Source: Octopus sinensis (lineage: Eukaryota). Taken from it: a stretch of DNA of 64,000 nucleotides. The notes under the pieces were generated by a model. It made no database searches, was not told where the DNA came from, and worked only from the letters and a program-made list of their open reading frames with translations. Made by a program: the position numbers and the translations under genes. The first letter of the stretch is position 1. Each line of letters starts with the position of its first letter. The stretch is from contig NC_043008.1 in the NCBI RefSeq assembly GCF_006345805.1, forward strand, positions 57,536,001 through 57,600,000, read 5' to 3'. Shown here in pieces: positions 23,358 to 37,785 of the stretch.

Positions 23358-23577
23358 CCCTTTAGCATTTAAACCGGCCATATCCGGCCAAAAGTATTCT
23401 GCCTGTTTTATGGTCAGACTGGCCAGATCTGGTCTCTCACACTAACCCTACAATATCGTTTTAAAAATTACAGGTACCTCATCAAAATCTCATAGATTCA
23501 AGATAATGCATGATTAGTTCAAAACAATTTAGATAAAAAAGGATTAATTTTGGCAGAATAATGCGAACACTAAAGGG
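23358..23577. mobile_element. piggyBac-like MITE
   Basis: TTAA|CCCTTTAG ... CTAAAGGG|TTAA. Confidence 0.75.
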
Positions 23578-25660
23578 TTAAATCCATTTAAGAAATGCAG
23601 AACAAAATTTTTAAAATTCTAATAAAGTTTTTCCTAACAATGGCCATATTGATGTCTCGCAAACCACTTGCACATGCAAGTGCTACCAGTCAAGAACTCC
23701 GCATACCGGAAGCCAGCAAGTGTATGGGGTCATCAGGAGAGAATGCGCGCTGTTTCAGGGCATCACTGCACACTGGCCTCCCCCACTGATATGAGCCCCC
23801 ACTTGCGAGATCAACTGGTCATTAAATATAGCTCAATATTTCTCTAGCCATCGCTCATCGTCTCTTTTTAACCAAATCCAGTGGCTATCCTTCTCCATTG
23901 TAGTTTGGATATAGGTCATGGTGGTATTTACTTTACGATGAGTTAGGCCTAACGATAACAACAGTCGTCTCACACTGTGTCCAACAAACCCTCTACATTC
24001 GACTTCAATTGGAAAATGCTCAGTTAAGAAATTTACTTTGGGGATCTTTGGTTTAAGGTTTATTCCTCATGCATGGAGACTGTCAGTTAGTGTCTTCTAT
24101 TATCACAGTTAGTTGACCAATGTCTTGTTAGTGAAATGTAGTAGAGGAAAACTGTAAGATTGTATATGTATTTATTCATGTGTAAGTTGCACTATTTTAT
24201 ATTTGATTTTAACAGGAAAATAACGCCCTGCAACTAATATGTAGGCAAAGCTTGAATCATCATCATCATCATTTAACGTCCACTTTCCATGCTGGCATGG
24301 GTTGGACGATTTGACTGAGGACTGGCGAACCAGAAGGTTGCACCAGACTCCAGTCTGACCCGGCAGTTTCAACAGCTGGATGCCCTTCCTAATGCCAACC
24401 ACTCCAAGAGTGTAGTGGGTGTTTTTATGTGCCACCGGCACGAGGGCCAGTCAGGCGGTACTGGCAACAGCCACACTCAAATGGTGTATTTTACGTGCCA
24501 CCTGCACAGGAGCCAGTCCAGCGGCACTGGTAATGACTTCACTTGAATGTTTTTCAAGTGCCAGTAAGGCAACACTAGTAACGATATGAAGGGGAAATTT
24601 TTGTACCAAGATTTAACACTAAATTAGGGATGTGACTTAAATAGAAATAAATATAGTGTGTGTGTGTGTGTTAACTTCCCTTTGTCTTGACATGTCCATT
24701 TTGAAACTGTGAACGATGTCATCATGAGATAAATGACTGTTCTTCAGTCATTTGACGTGTATTTTTCTTTGCTGGTACCATGTAGAAAGCAGTGGTGATG
24801 GTGCTACATAAAAAGCACCCAGTACACTCTGTAAAGTGGTTGGTGCTAGGGAGAGCATAAAGCTGTAGAGACCAAGCTGAAACAGACTATGGGACCTGGT
24901 GCAGACCCCTAGCCTTGCCAGTTCCTGTCAAGCCGTCTAACCCATACCAACATGGAAAAAGGACTTGGCTTGGATAGGAATTGATTTGAGACAGGATTTT
25001 ACAGCTGAAGGCACATGGCTCAGTGGTTAGGGCATCAGGCTCATAATCATGAGGTAGTGAGTTCAATTCCCAGACCAGGCTGTGTGTTCTGTTCTCGAGC
25101 AAGACACTTTATTTCATGTTGCTTCAGTTCACTCAACTGTAGAAATGAGTTGTGATGTCACTGGTGCCAAGCTGTATCGGCTGCTGCCTTTCCTTTGGAT
25201 AACATCGGTGGAATGGAGCAGGGAGGCTGGTATGCATGGGCAACTGTCGGTCTTCCATAAACAATCTTGCCTGGACTTTCTCTCAGCATTGCTCTCTCAG
25301 TCCTTCTCAAAATTACCATCTCTCTCTCCCTCAAGCACCATGTCTTACTCTCATACAGCATTGCAGTTCTCACAAAACTCTTATAGACCCTTCTGAAAGA
25401 AGGGTCTATAAAACTTTTAAACATCGAATAGCTACGAAGGTTCAAAGGGATCCATAGATAAAAAATGGTTGAGAACCTCTGGCATAGAGCAACCAGCTGT
25501 AATACCAAGGATGACTTGGCCATTTATCCTTTCGGTGGTTGAACAAAACATTGGGGTCAATGTAATCGACTAACAACATTCTACCACCCACCCATCCCGC
25601 CGCCTAAAATTGCGGGCATTGTGCCAAAATTTGAAACTATTAATTAGAACAAAGTCGTAC

Positions 25661-25812
25661 CTTTGCCTGCATTGATAAGCCAATGTCTGTGAAGATGTAC
25701 TGCCACTGGGGCAGACCAAGATGTAGCAACATCAAACGATAATAAGTTGTGAAATTTGCCACCAAGAAATGCCATCTGAGAGACCGATCGAGGAACCAGA
25801 TTTCACTGCAAC
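25661..25812 (-). CDS. TPGS2: TPGS2 exon 6: CSEIWFLDRSLRWHFLVANFTTYYRLMLLHLGLPQWQYIFTDIGLSMQAK
   Basis: AG/GT boundaries, phase 1-0. Close to human EIWFLDRALYWHFL..FTAYYRLLITHLGLPQWQYAFT..G.S.QAK. Confidence 0.95.
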
Positions 25813-27349
25813 CTGCAATAAGAGATCTTGTTTACTTTTATGACGAGATAATGATGGGGTTTGTGGTGGTGGTGGTAGGCTGTAGTGAGAATGGTACTGA
25901 CGGTTGTAGCGATAATGTTGATGGTACTGAGGGTGGTGGTGGTGGTGGTAGCGGTGATAATGTTACCTGGGAGTGGTGGTGAGAATGGCAATGAGAATGG
26001 TATGGGTAGTTGATAGTGGTGATGGTGTTGATGATGATGTTGGCATTGTGGAAGGTCATCATCGTTTAACGTCTGCTTTCCATGCTAGCATGGGTTGGAC
26101 GATTTGACTGAGGTCTGGCGAACCAGATGGCTGCACCAGGCTCCAATCTGATCTGGCAGAGTTTCTACAGCTGGATGCCCTTCCTAATGCCAACCACCCC
26201 GAGAGTGTAGTAGGTGCTTTTACACGCCACCGGCACGAGGACCAGTCAGGCGATACTGGAAGCGGCCATGCTCAAATGGTGCTTTTTATGTGCCACCTGC
26301 ACAGGAGCCAGTCTCGCTTGAATGTTTTTTCACGTGCCACCAGCACAAGTGGTGGTGGCAGTGATGATGGCATTGATGGTGGTGGTGTTGAGAATGGTAC
26401 AGGTAGTTAGTAGTGGTGATGATAATGATAACGATATCAAAGATGTTGATGATGATGATGATGGCAACGATGATGGTGTTACTTTTTCAGTCTCAGGACA
26501 ACCCTGATTGAGCAGACATGCAACTGATGACATTCTAGTCATGGCCATCTTGTCTCCTTTAGGGATATCTAGGACTACATCATCCAATGTGTTCTTCCTT
26601 TTTAAGACAACAGTATACAATTTCAAAGAGATTTGGCTGTTATTTCTAGCAGGTTGAATGAACACATAAAAAGCCTCCTCATTAGCTCTATGACGATACT
26701 GGTAGTGGTGGAGGTGTTGGTGGTGGTGTAATCATGATGATGATGGTTTTGAGAATGGAGGTGGTGGGGGATGATTTTGGTGGTGGTAGTGGTATTGATG
26801 GCAATGATATTGATAAAAGAGGTAGTGGTGGTTTGAAGATAATGTTGGTGGTAATAATGAGATGTTATTGATGGTGGTAGTAGTAGTAGTGTTGCTGGTG
26901 GTGGAAATGATTATCACAACCCATAATGTCCAGCTTCTTTCCTATCAATTTAGGACGTATCCCAGACACATTCACCTCCACAACGCATAAAGAGCAAGCT
27001 AATTCAATTTTAGAATAAAATATTGTTAAATCAATGAAAACAATGGCATTTAGTGTCTTTTTGAAAGTCTGAGGTTGTCCAAGAATTTCCAATGTCAGAT
27101 ATTGATTATCCGAAAATTTCTAAAGCAAAATGTACGCTGATCAAGAATTTATAATGTGGAGCATAGCTTGTCTAATAATTTTTAACCCAAGATGTAGTTT
27201 GCCCAAGAATTTCTAATGCAAGGTATAGATTGTCCATCAAAATTTGCATAATTTATTCTACCATCAAAAGATCCAGTCTGTGTTGCAGTATGGTGGTATG
27301 TGTGCCTCAACAACCCTGATAACTATGCCAGCGGAGTGCAAACTCCTGA

Positions 27350-27812
27350 TAGGGTTCCCCTATACCGAGCAGGTCAAAGGACAGAGGCCATACTAATAAG
27401 GGTCACCTCCCATACCAGACAGGTCAAAGGACAGAAGCCAAACTAATAAGGTTCACCTCCCATACCAGACAGGTCAAAGGACAGAGGTCAAACTAATAAG
27501 GGTCACCTCCCATACCAGTCAGGTCAAACTAATAAGGGTCACCTCCCATACCAGTCAGGTCAAACTAATAAGGGTCACCTCCCATACCAGACAGGTCAAA
27601 GGACAAAGGCCAAACTAATAAGAGCCACCTCCTATACTGAACAGGTCAGAGGACAGAAGCCAAACTAATAAGGGCCACCTCCCATACTAGACAGGTCAAA
27701 GGACAGAAGCCAAACTAATAAGGGTCACCTCCCATACCAGACAGGTCAAAAGACAGAAGCCAAACTAATAAGGGTCACCGCCCATACAAGACAGGTCAAA
27801 GGATAGAAGCCA
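27350..27812 (+). repeat. ~46-bp minisatellite, about 10 units (some 33 bp), apparently derived from an RTE-like 5' UTR
   Basis: Unit ggtcacctcccataccagacaggtcaaaggacagaagccaaactaataag. Confidence 0.85.
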
Positions 27813-27889
27813 GATCACAATCAGAAACTAAATTGACATTCACTTTTCACTTCAGTTACATCAAGATATCCAAATGTTAAGGACCTTAC

Positions 27890-27991
27890 CTGAATGCGAA
27901 TTACGGTAAACCAGACACACCTTACCAAGTCCAGCACAAGGATCCAACTCAAATATTCGATAAGAGGAGGTAAAAGATGGTTTCTTTAAGC
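27890..27991 (-). CDS. TPGS2: TPGS2 exon 5: LKKPSFTSSYRIFELDPCAGLGKVCLVYRNSHS
   Basis: ttcttAG/GTaagg, phase 1-1. Matches human KPHFDSRSVIFELDSCNGSGKVCLVY. Confidence 0.95.
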
Positions 27992-28215
27992 CTAAGAAAA
28001 TAAATGTAAGAAGTCAATCAGATCTCCAAAGAAGAAGAAATTATCAATTAGAGGCATAGGAGTGGCTGTGTGGTAAGTAGCTTGCTTACGAGCCACATGG
28101 TTCCGGGTTCAGTTCCACTGCGTGGCACCTTAGGAAAATGTCTTTTACTATAGCCTCAGGCTGACCAAAGCCTTGTGAATGGATTTGGTAGACGGAAACT
28201 GAAAGAAGTCCGTCG

Positions 28216-28262
<47 letters not shown>

Positions 28263-28539
28263 TTATGTTTGTGTGTCTGTGTTTGTCCCCCCAACATCAC
28301 TTGAAAACCGATGCTAGTGTGTTTACGTTCCAATGGTCAAGCATACTAAGTTCCCAGCAACTGTGATGGTTCTGGAAGTTGTCAGCAATCAGAGAGATGT
28401 CACACCTCCTCATTTTTTCCCACAGAGTTTAAGAATCACTGCCACTGTCTAGACAGAAGTGTTTAGGAAAATTGCAAGACCCTCAATAGTCAGAGTGTAC
28501 AATTGGAAGACTGTACATCTTCCAACAATACTCTGCACC

Positions 28540-28835
28540 ATCTCATCCTCATTCATTCTCACCACATGACCATACCAGCACAGTCGTCTCTCTTGCACAC
28601 CACATCTGATGCTTCTTAGGTCCAACTTTTCTCTCAAGGCACTTACACTCTGTCGAGTATGCACATTGACATTACACATCTATCGAAGAATACTGGCTTC
28701 ATTCCTTGCAAGCTTATGCATGTCCTCAGCAGTCAGGGCCCATGTTTCACTGCCATGTAGCATGGCTGTTTGTACACATGCGTCATACAGTCTACCTTTT
28801 ACTCTGAGCAAGAGGCCCTTTGTCACCAGCAGAGG
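28540..28835 (-). mobile_element. RTE-like LINE 3' fragment
   Basis: LYDACVQTAMLHGSETW...LREKLDLRSIRCGVQERRLCWYGHV. Confidence 0.75.
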
Positions 28836-28965
28836 TATGGTTTCAAATTTTGTACCAAGGGCAGCAATTTTGGCAGAGGGGACAAATCAATTACATCGAC
28901 CCCAGTGTTTAACTGGTACTTATTTTATGGACCTTGAAAGGATGAAAGGCAAAGTCAACCTCAGC

Positions 28966-29142
28966 GGAATTTGAGCTCAGAACGTAAAGACAGGCAGAAT
29001 TTGAGCTCAGAACGTAGACAGGCAGAATTTGAGCTCAGAACGTAAAGACAGGCGGAATTTGAGCTCAGAATGTAAAGACAGGCAGAATTTGAGCTCAGAA
29101 CGTAAAGACAGGCAGAATTTGAGCTCAGAACATAAAGACAGG
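28966..29142. repeat. 29-bp tandem repeat x6 inside a SINE B copy
   Basis: Unit gaatttgagctcagaacgtaaagacaggc. Confidence 0.9.
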
Positions 29143-29730
29143 TGAAATGCTGCTAAGCATTTTTGCCCGGTGTGCTAACAATTCTGCCATCTTATCACCT
29201 TATATATAGTAGTAATAATAAAGATAAGACAAAAGCTGGCAACTCTCCTGTCTCTAATGCTACTCTTTCACACTACAGCAATTACAGTGGAGGTGCAATG
29301 GCCCAGTGGTTAGGGCAGCGGACTCGCAGTCAGAGGATCACGGTTTCGATTCCCAGACTGGGCGTTGTGTGTGTTTATTAAGTGAAAACACCTAAAGCTC
29401 CACAAGGCTCCGGCAGGGGGTGGGGGGTGGCGACCCCTGTGTACTCTTTTGCCCCAACTTTCTTCCTGTTTCTTGTCCCCGACTTCCTACGCAACTGCTA
29501 AGCCTGGATGCGCATTCATCCATCCGTCGATGCTCTTGGTGTCGAGGGTTGACCTGTTTTCTCTTCTGCGGGTCTTACGAATAGCAAAGGACCACGTTTC
29601 GGACTTCTCCCACTACAGACGATCATGAGGCGCGATCTTGCAAGCTCTGGGACGAAAACCGCTTCGCTCAACAAAGAAACAAACAAGCAGCAATTACAAC
29701 AACAACAACAACAAAATAAATATTTCTCAC

Positions 29731-29874
29731 CAGAATCTTCATCTTCTGATTCTGTGTCAGAGTCTTGTTCTTTTGTAACTGTTTTCCCTGCCTTGTTCTT
29801 GGACTTTCCAGTTATTTCCATGATGTCATCCACTGGGTGTAAATACATCAGTCCTAATGGATATGGATTGGAAC
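29731..29874 (-). CDS. TPGS2: TPGS2 exon 4: SNPYPLGLMYLHPVDDIMEIT...DSDTESEDEDS
   Basis: ttacAG/GTgaga, phase 1-1. PLGxM motif and acidic stretch as in the human protein. Confidence 0.88.
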
Positions 29875-30778
29875 CTGTAACATTCATATAAGAACGAGAA
29901 TTAAGGAATAAACAGATATTCTACACCACTATACTACATCATTGATACCGCCCATTACAGTACCACACTGCTTCTAGAGTGCTACACCTAAGCACCAACA
30001 CTTACCACTATCATACCTATTTCTTTACTACCCACAAGGGGCTAAACACAGAGGGGACAAACAAGGACAGATAGACGGATTAAGTCAATTATATCAACCC
30101 CAGTGCGTAACTGGTACTTAATTTATGAACCCCGAAAGGATGAAAGGCAAAGTCAACCTCGGCGGAAATTGAACTCACAACGTAACGGCAGATGAAATAC
30201 CGCTTGGCATTTCGCCCGACGTGCTAATGATTCTGCCAGCTCACCGCCTTAGTGCCAGCTCGCCGACTGCTGTAGTATACTATTGTATCAAAACATACCA
30301 TGACTATACCACTACATTCCAACACCACTACAATACAAACCACTTACTTGCACTTGTACTTGTGGTGACATTCACCCTGGGCGGGTTGAGTCGGCTTCTT
30401 CTACCACCCTCTTGTGAGAATTCAAGGAAGAAGTCTCGTAGGAATATGTGGATTTCACAAGCGGTCCCCAACAATCCCGCATGTAGAGACATCCTGTTTG
30501 CCGCAGATTGTCCGCAGACGCAGGGACAGAACGACCGAGGAGCTGCCGGTTGCCGAAACTGACACTCCGAGGATTTTCACCAGAGCCCCATCTGCTGGGT
30601 TGTAGCCCTAATGCCACTCGGTGTCAGACCAATCCGTCTATTAAAATTAGTACTTATTTATAAACTTAGTTTTGAATTAATCATGACTTTGATGATATGA
30701 TTGTTTATTTTTAGAATGACATTGTAGGGTAAGTGTGAGAGGCTGGATCTGGCAGGTTTAAACATAAAACAGATAAAA

Positions 30779-30951
30779 GGTGCAGGAGTGGCTGTGTGGT
30801 AAGTAGCTTGCTTACCAACCACATGGTTCCGGGTTCAGTCCCACTGTGTGGCACCTTGGGCAAGTGTCTTCTACTATAGCCTCGGGCCGACCAAAGCCTT
30901 GTGAGTGGATTTGGTAGACAGAAACTGAAAGAAGCCTGTCGTATATATGTG

Positions 30952-31008
<57 letters not shown>

Positions 31009-31210
31009 ATATGTATGTATGTATGTGTGTGTATATGTTTGTCCCCTCAACATTGCTTGACCAATGGTGGTGTGTTTACGTCCCCGTAACTTAGCGGTTC
31101 TTAGAATAAGTACTAGGCTTACAAAGAATAAGTCCTAGGTTCGATTTGCTCGACTAAAGGTGGTGCTCCAGCATGGCCGCAGTCAAATGACTGAAACAAG
31201 TAAAAGAGCA
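30779..31210 (+). mobile_element. SINE family A, near full length
   Basis: tRNA-like head, internal (TA)n and conserved tail. Confidence 0.85.
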
Positions 31211-33069
31211 AAAAAATAAAGAGATATATGTTTTCCATGTTCAAAATGGTTTAACATTTCACTCATCACACTGTGACAAACAGACAGACATTATAGTAGC
31301 TAGCAATAACAGCAACAATAGCAAATTCCTGAAGGTCTGTCACCACTGTCACCTACAGCCCTCTTCCCTTCCCCCATACAATATCAACCTCAACTACAAC
31401 ACAACTTGCTGCCCACCACCACCACCATCCTGTATTGAGGACATTTATATCATCTCACTGTATGCTATCTCTCTCCCTCACTTTGTATCTCACTCTCTCT
31501 CTCTCTCTTGCTTTCTTTATTTGTATTATGAATTTACAGTAAAAATATTTTTACCTTCACCCATTTAATAGAATAAATGAATTAATTGCATTGCAATTAA
31601 AAGCATTTATGTATTAAGAATTTGGGTACTTCACCAGCAGCATATTGGATAACTGATATCCCATAGTGGGTTACACTCATAACCCCTATCTTACTTTATA
31701 TATATATATATCTGTCTTTGTATATATATATCTCTCTCTCTCTCTTTGTATACCTCTCTCTCTCTCTCTTGCTCTGAAGTGATCTTCCAAATGACTTCAA
31801 AACTCACAGCTTTCCCACCTGGTTCTCTTACACCTTTCATGTCAATTCTGCTCACAATGTCATTGTCATCATCATCATCACATTAATATCTACTTTTCCA
31901 TGCTGGCATGAGTCAGATGGAATTTGCTGGGGATATAGGATATAGTTTCACTATATCACCCCTTTTCTATGGCAGAATGCCCTTCCTGTTGCCAACCTTC
32001 ACCTGTTTTTCAAGCAAGGTAATATATCTCCCCATAGTCAGACAGGTGTTTCACAGAGCTGCAAATGAACATCATCAACCCCAGTGCTCAACACGTACTT
32101 AATTTATCAACCCTGAAAGGATGGAAAGCAAAGTCAACCTTGGCAGGATTTGAACTCAGAACATAAAAACAGATGATTGTAGCACTAAGCATTTCACCCA
32201 GCATGCCAGCGATTCTGCCAGCTTGTTGCCTTAAATAATGGTTTCAAATTTTGGCATATGGCGAGGAATAATTTTTTTATTGTGGTGGGGGTGGGGTCAA
32301 GTCAATTACATGGTTCCCAGAGCTCAACAGGTACTTAATTTATCGACCCTGAAAGGATAAAAGACAAAGTTGACTTTGGCAGGATTTGAACTCAGAACAT
32401 AAAAAGGACAAAATACTGCTAAGCATTTCACCCGGCATGCTAACAATTCTGCCAAATCGCCGCCATACATTCCACTCATATTAAGCAACTGTACGCCTGT
32501 GTACTTTAGCCCACCCCTTTATATCAGACCATTGCCCAAGGTCTCCCATTTTCTGCTCCATTTCAAGGTATCCCATTTTCCACTCCTCCACCAACCCTCT
32601 GGTATTTTCACTCCACTAACTAATCAGAATTCCTCCCAATTAATTTTACACAGACCACCTCTGAAAATCAATGGGATTCACCTCTGCCTCGCCCCACTAC
32701 ACCACCACCACCCCCAAGACAGCTTGGCAGGTGAAAGAAACCATTCTCCTGGGTACATTCCTCGATGTCCTTTACATAAAGGACAGTAGTGAATTAGTGT
32801 TCAAGAGGTTTGTTTTACAACCACGAGGTTATCAGTTTCTGTCCAACTGAATGGCACCTTGCGTAAAGGTCTTCCAGCATAGCTTGATGGTCTGGTAAAT
32901 GAAATTTGATTCATGGAAACTGCACAGAAGCCAATTGTGTATGTGTAAGCATGTGCGAATGTTTGTACTTGGTGTGAATGTGAATGCGTGCATATGTATG
33001 AAGGAATGAAAAAACATCACAATAAAAGCATGAGACAGAAATTTGAATAGAAGCTGGTATATAACTTAC

Positions 33070-33157
33070 TGTCAATTTTGACAGACCAGGTCAGTTTTAT
33101 TCCATTACTTGTCAGATAATAATTCTTTAGATCATCAGGAAGTAAACAGGAATTTTT
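33070..33157 (-). CDS. TPGS2: TPGS2 exon 3: KNSCLLPDDLKNYYLTSNGIKLTWSVKID
   Basis: tttcAG/GTaagt, phase 0-1. Matches human KNNCVMPEDVKNFYLMTNGFHMTWSVKLD. Confidence 0.95.
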
Positions 33158-34606
33158 CTGAAATGGAAATAATAATAATAATAATAATGGCTTCTGATCC
33201 TAACTGATTGGAAGTGTTATCAGGTACATTGTTTTGTCTTGGTATAAAATATAGGCTACAACAAATATTCTGCTCAGTACCACAGATTTGCTTGTCAGTT
33301 ACTTGACCATAACCAACTGAGCATGTCCCTTAGTGGCTGACAATATGTGCATCTCTGATCATGAGTAGAAGTAGTGGAGGAGCATCATAGCCATGTGTTG
33401 AGAGGGATTCTTTGGGGTTTGGATAATTCACCTTTGGAAACATGGATGTTTTATTCAATATCCTTGAACAACCCTTATTCAGAGACCTTTTGAGCAGGAT
33501 GGGCTATTCAACCTGAAGAAAATTCTAACTGGGTCCCACCTGCAAGGTCATGTGCTGTTTATCTTGATACAAGATCGCCATATTGCGCACATATGATTGT
33601 GATGCATGTGACTGGTGTACCCTTATCAAACAGGTAGTCATAATAGGTATGCTGGGCTTCATATATTTTACCCTATTGTCACTTTGATGATAAGTGCTGC
33701 TCTCTCACTCAATAATAATGGTTTCAAATTTTACCACAAGGGCAGCAATTTTGGAGAATGGGATGAATCGATTACATCAACCCCAGTGTTCAGCTGGTAC
33801 TTATTTTATCAAGCCTGAAAGGATGAAAGGCAAAGTTGACATCCTCTCAACGATTAGCCACAGATGTGTTTTAAAATGAGAATATCTGAAATAAACTCAA
33901 CTGCTCTCACAAACGAGTATGCTAAAAATGAACCAAACCGCTCTCAAAAATTAAGTAAAAAAAACAGGAAAATAAACCAGAATCCTTTACCAGTACCAGA
34001 TTGATCCCAGAATCTAATCATCCCTGAAAGTTTCATCCGAATCCATCCTGCGGTTCTTGAGATATCTTGTCCACGGACAAACAAACAAACATTGAAAACA
34101 ATACCTCTACCTTCGCTAAGGCGGAGGTAATAATGGTTTCAAATTTTGGAACAAGGCCAGCAATTTTGGGTGTAGGGTAAGTTGATTACATAAACCCCAG
34201 AGCTGAACTGATGCTTATTTTATCAGTCCTAAAAGGCAAAGTCAACCTCAGCAGAATTTGAACTCGGAGCAAAGACAGATAAAATGCCACTAAGCATTTT
34301 ATACGGTGTGCTAACAATTCTGCCAACAATAGACCTCCGGGCATATGGCGTAGTGGTTAAGAGCGTGGGCTACTAACCCCAAGATTCCAAGTTCAATTCT
34401 AAGCAGTGACCTGAACAATAATAATAATAATAAACAGTCACCATCAGAGCATCACAGCACATACCCAAGGCACACAGAGCTGCACTCAGTAGTGAAGTGA
34501 AAGCACACTATAAAAATAAAACTACTGAATAATAATAATAATAACAACAACAACAACATTGAAAAATACCTTAGGAATGAGAACCCAGGTTTGAAATTTC
34601 CCCAAG

Positions 34607-34650
34607 ACACCTGAAGAAGGCTGGAGGGTATATCAACCGAACTGTTGTGT
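34607..34650 (+). ncRNA. Decayed minimal hammerhead-like motif
   Basis: ACAC-CTGAAGA-a-GGCTG-gagggtatat-CAACC-GAAC-tGTT-GTGT. GAAA is mutated. Confidence 0.4.
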
Positions 34651-35889
34651 TAACAACAAACAAGATGAGGACAAATATCCGTTGAATGTAAATAATGTAC
34701 AATTCTGCTAGAGTAATAATAAATGAACCAAGTCAACAAACACAGAATTTTAATACAAGCCAACTTGGAAAGTCATCCAATCAAACTTTCTTTTCATTGG
34801 CCAAATACAATTCACATCGAGTTTTATAATTCTCAGTAAAATTTCTCACTGAAACAAAATTCTTCAGTTTGGACATCATGGATTTTAACTGGAACAATTT
34901 GAAGGAATGACAGAAACTTGGAACAACATGGCCACGTGGCCTAGAATGGCCACAGTCCAATAACTGAAAGAAGTAAAAGATAAAAGCAAAAAGGGTATTG
35001 GATTAATCCTTTCTCCTTCTCCATCTTTCTATCTCTCTCTCTGTTTCCCTTCCTCTTTCTGTCTCTCATTTTCTTAGAATTGGTTACAGAGTGTTGTGAG
35101 AAGGGCGTTGTTGGAGACCACTCACAGTAGTGTGTAATGTCAGAAAGGACACAAGACTCAAGTGGTATAATTCAAGATTTCATGCATGCTCAGGCAAACC
35201 ACCCACACATCAAGCATTGAAGTTTACTGATGATGATGATGATGATGATTAATTAATTTCTCAAGAGCCCTTACAGAAGATGGTCAGTGTCCTGTTTATT
35301 GTTACATATTTAAAGAATGTTATTTTTACATATTTAAAGAATGAGTCAGCGCAGTAAATATACGTGTGTGTGTGTGTGTATGTGTATCAGTAGTCATGGC
35401 TGTGTAGTAAAAAATTTACTTCCGAAAAAAATGGTTCTGGAGTCAGTCCAACTATGTGGGACCTTAGGCAAGTGCCTTCTAATATAGCCCTGATGAAACC
35501 AAAGCCCTGCGAGCAGATTTGGTAGAGAGAAACTGAAAGAAGAAACTGTTGTGTGTTTGTGTGTATACACACACACATATATATATATACATATATATAT
35601 AATTTAAAGGAGATACACATATATATTATATAAATATAAATTTTGCTAAATTTTTCTTGAGAACATTTCTTAGTGGTAAGACCATAGCGGATCTATTTCT
35701 AGCATAAGAGTGTCCACATAGTGGTTTCCCTCTAATATGTATATAATACAATTTTACTGAACCTTCAGTTTTTTTTATACGCTAGACCACTGGTGTGAAA
35801 TCGATGTTAATTAAATTAATATCTAATTTCTTACCCTCACTTTAAATTTTATATATATAGCTCATGAGCTGTAACTAGAATCAATCAAT

Positions 35890-35924
<35 letters not shown>

Positions 35925-36149
35925 TATATATATATTATATATATATATATACATACACACACACATATTTATATATATATTATATATATATACATATATA
36001 TATATATACATATATATATAAAAGGAGAGAAACAGTGCATCCTCTATATATATATATATATATATATATAGTTTGATAAATGCCAAAGCATGAAAATCTT
36101 GGACCCTGATTCACTTTATTGCTCCTGCTAAATATCAATAAATAAATAA

Positions 36150-36188
<39 letters not shown>

Positions 36189-37149
36189 TATATACATATA
36201 TAGATAGATATATATATATATATATTATGTAGGTAGTTAGTATAAATCCCAGCTGTTTCCTCTTGAAGCACATCTGCTTATTCCATTACTAGCAGAAATA
36301 CTCGGTGTTGCCCATGTTACATGCAAATGAAGAATTAGACTTTTCTGTTATATTTTCTGTAATGAACTGGAATACCTATGATTCGAATGTCATCAAAATT
36401 GCAGATGAGGGTCCATTCCCTCTTTACACACCCTAAAAAAATTCTCATCATGACACATGTATCCCATACTACAGATTTTTTTGTGCAGATTCCAAAATTC
36501 TGGTCTTATGGAACCTGTTAAAAGGATTTTGCTCCTGAAAAATGGAGGACATGGAAGTCTAAAATGAGGGAGTTAAGGCCCCTAGTGGGGGTGGGTGTCT
36601 TAATGTCAACCAGAGAAGTTGAATTGTTGATAATCGTTTTAACTTGGGTCTTATCTATTGTTTGAATTTCTTTGAAATACGAAATATATGTATGTCCACT
36701 GGGTTTGTAAAAGAGCAAAGCTACAGGAAACCAAAAGACGAAGGATCACAATAAGCAGTCAGCTACCCTACCCTAGTCATTACCACTTCCAATGTAGGAT
36801 TCCTCACCATACAGGTGGCAGGCACAGGTGTATGATGCATTATGAATCTATAGCAATTGGAAGGGCGTGACCCAACTGAAATAAACATTAACAACTGCGT
36901 GTAGGATTCCTCACCATCCAGGTGACAGGCACAACCGTAAGATGCATTACGAATCTATAGCAATTAGAAGGACGTGACCCAACTGAAATAAACATTAACA
37001 ACTGTGTGATGTGAGGGCTAAAGAGAAATGAATGTGTCACCTCTAGAGTTTGCAAATGACCACTGTACTGATACATAAATGGACGGAATAAATTTACAGT
37101 CTATAAATGTATTTGAATAACCAGTCACTCATCTGGGAAGGGCTTGAAA

Positions 37150-37785
37150 TCAATGTTACCATCTGGAGACTATGTGTGACCTAGTGATGATAATAAAAAG
37201 ACTCAAATGAGGTCTGCAACCAAATATCTTTACTGCACTTTGATGCTTGATGAATGACAGAAGCTTTGAGTATCTCTTGGCTCTGATTGCTTTAATCTTG
37301 GCTGTTAGGAGGTGACGATGTTGTCGGACATAGCTAGTCATGCCAAGGTTCCTATTCACAGCTCTGGACACCATGGAAAGGGACAAATTGCATTTCTTTG
37401 CAAAAGTTGTCATGGATTTGGATGGGTTGGCTTCCATTGAGCGTTTGAGGTCAGCGAGAAACTTTGGATTGCGCTTGAAATCACTTTGAGTCTTGTGTTC
37501 TTTTCTATCACTCTTTCCCTCTTCTTTAAATTGTCTATACACATGACAAACTGCTGCTTTTGGAAGTATTATCAATTTAATTTTCTTGGCAGTGTGTCTG
37601 GCACATGCCAATGGTGGAATGATTCTGTTGCTCCATGACTTTCTGTTGTCGAATCAGTTTGCTATTTACCTGAACAATAAAGAGGAGGATTAGATTTTCA
37701 AGCAAGTAAGGTTTTGTCAAAAAATGAAATGTTAAACCCACCTAAGTCAACTGCTTAAAATTGGTCTCAGACTGCAAGACTCCAT
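37150..37785 (-). mobile_element. Tc1/mariner-family transposase 5' fragment
   Basis: HTH region ...LKRSMEANPSKSMTTFAKKCNLSLSMVSRAVNRNLGMTSYVRQHRHLLT. The DDE domain is missing. Confidence 0.75.

Noticed and set aside
27350-29142. Regularly spaced repeats as CRISPR arrays (also 38.8-40.5 and 51.5-53 kb)
   Set aside because: No unique spacers, no cas genes and a eukaryotic context.
36240-36720. Interrupted coding-like sequence on the minus strand
   Set aside because: Multiple stops and no motif I can assign.
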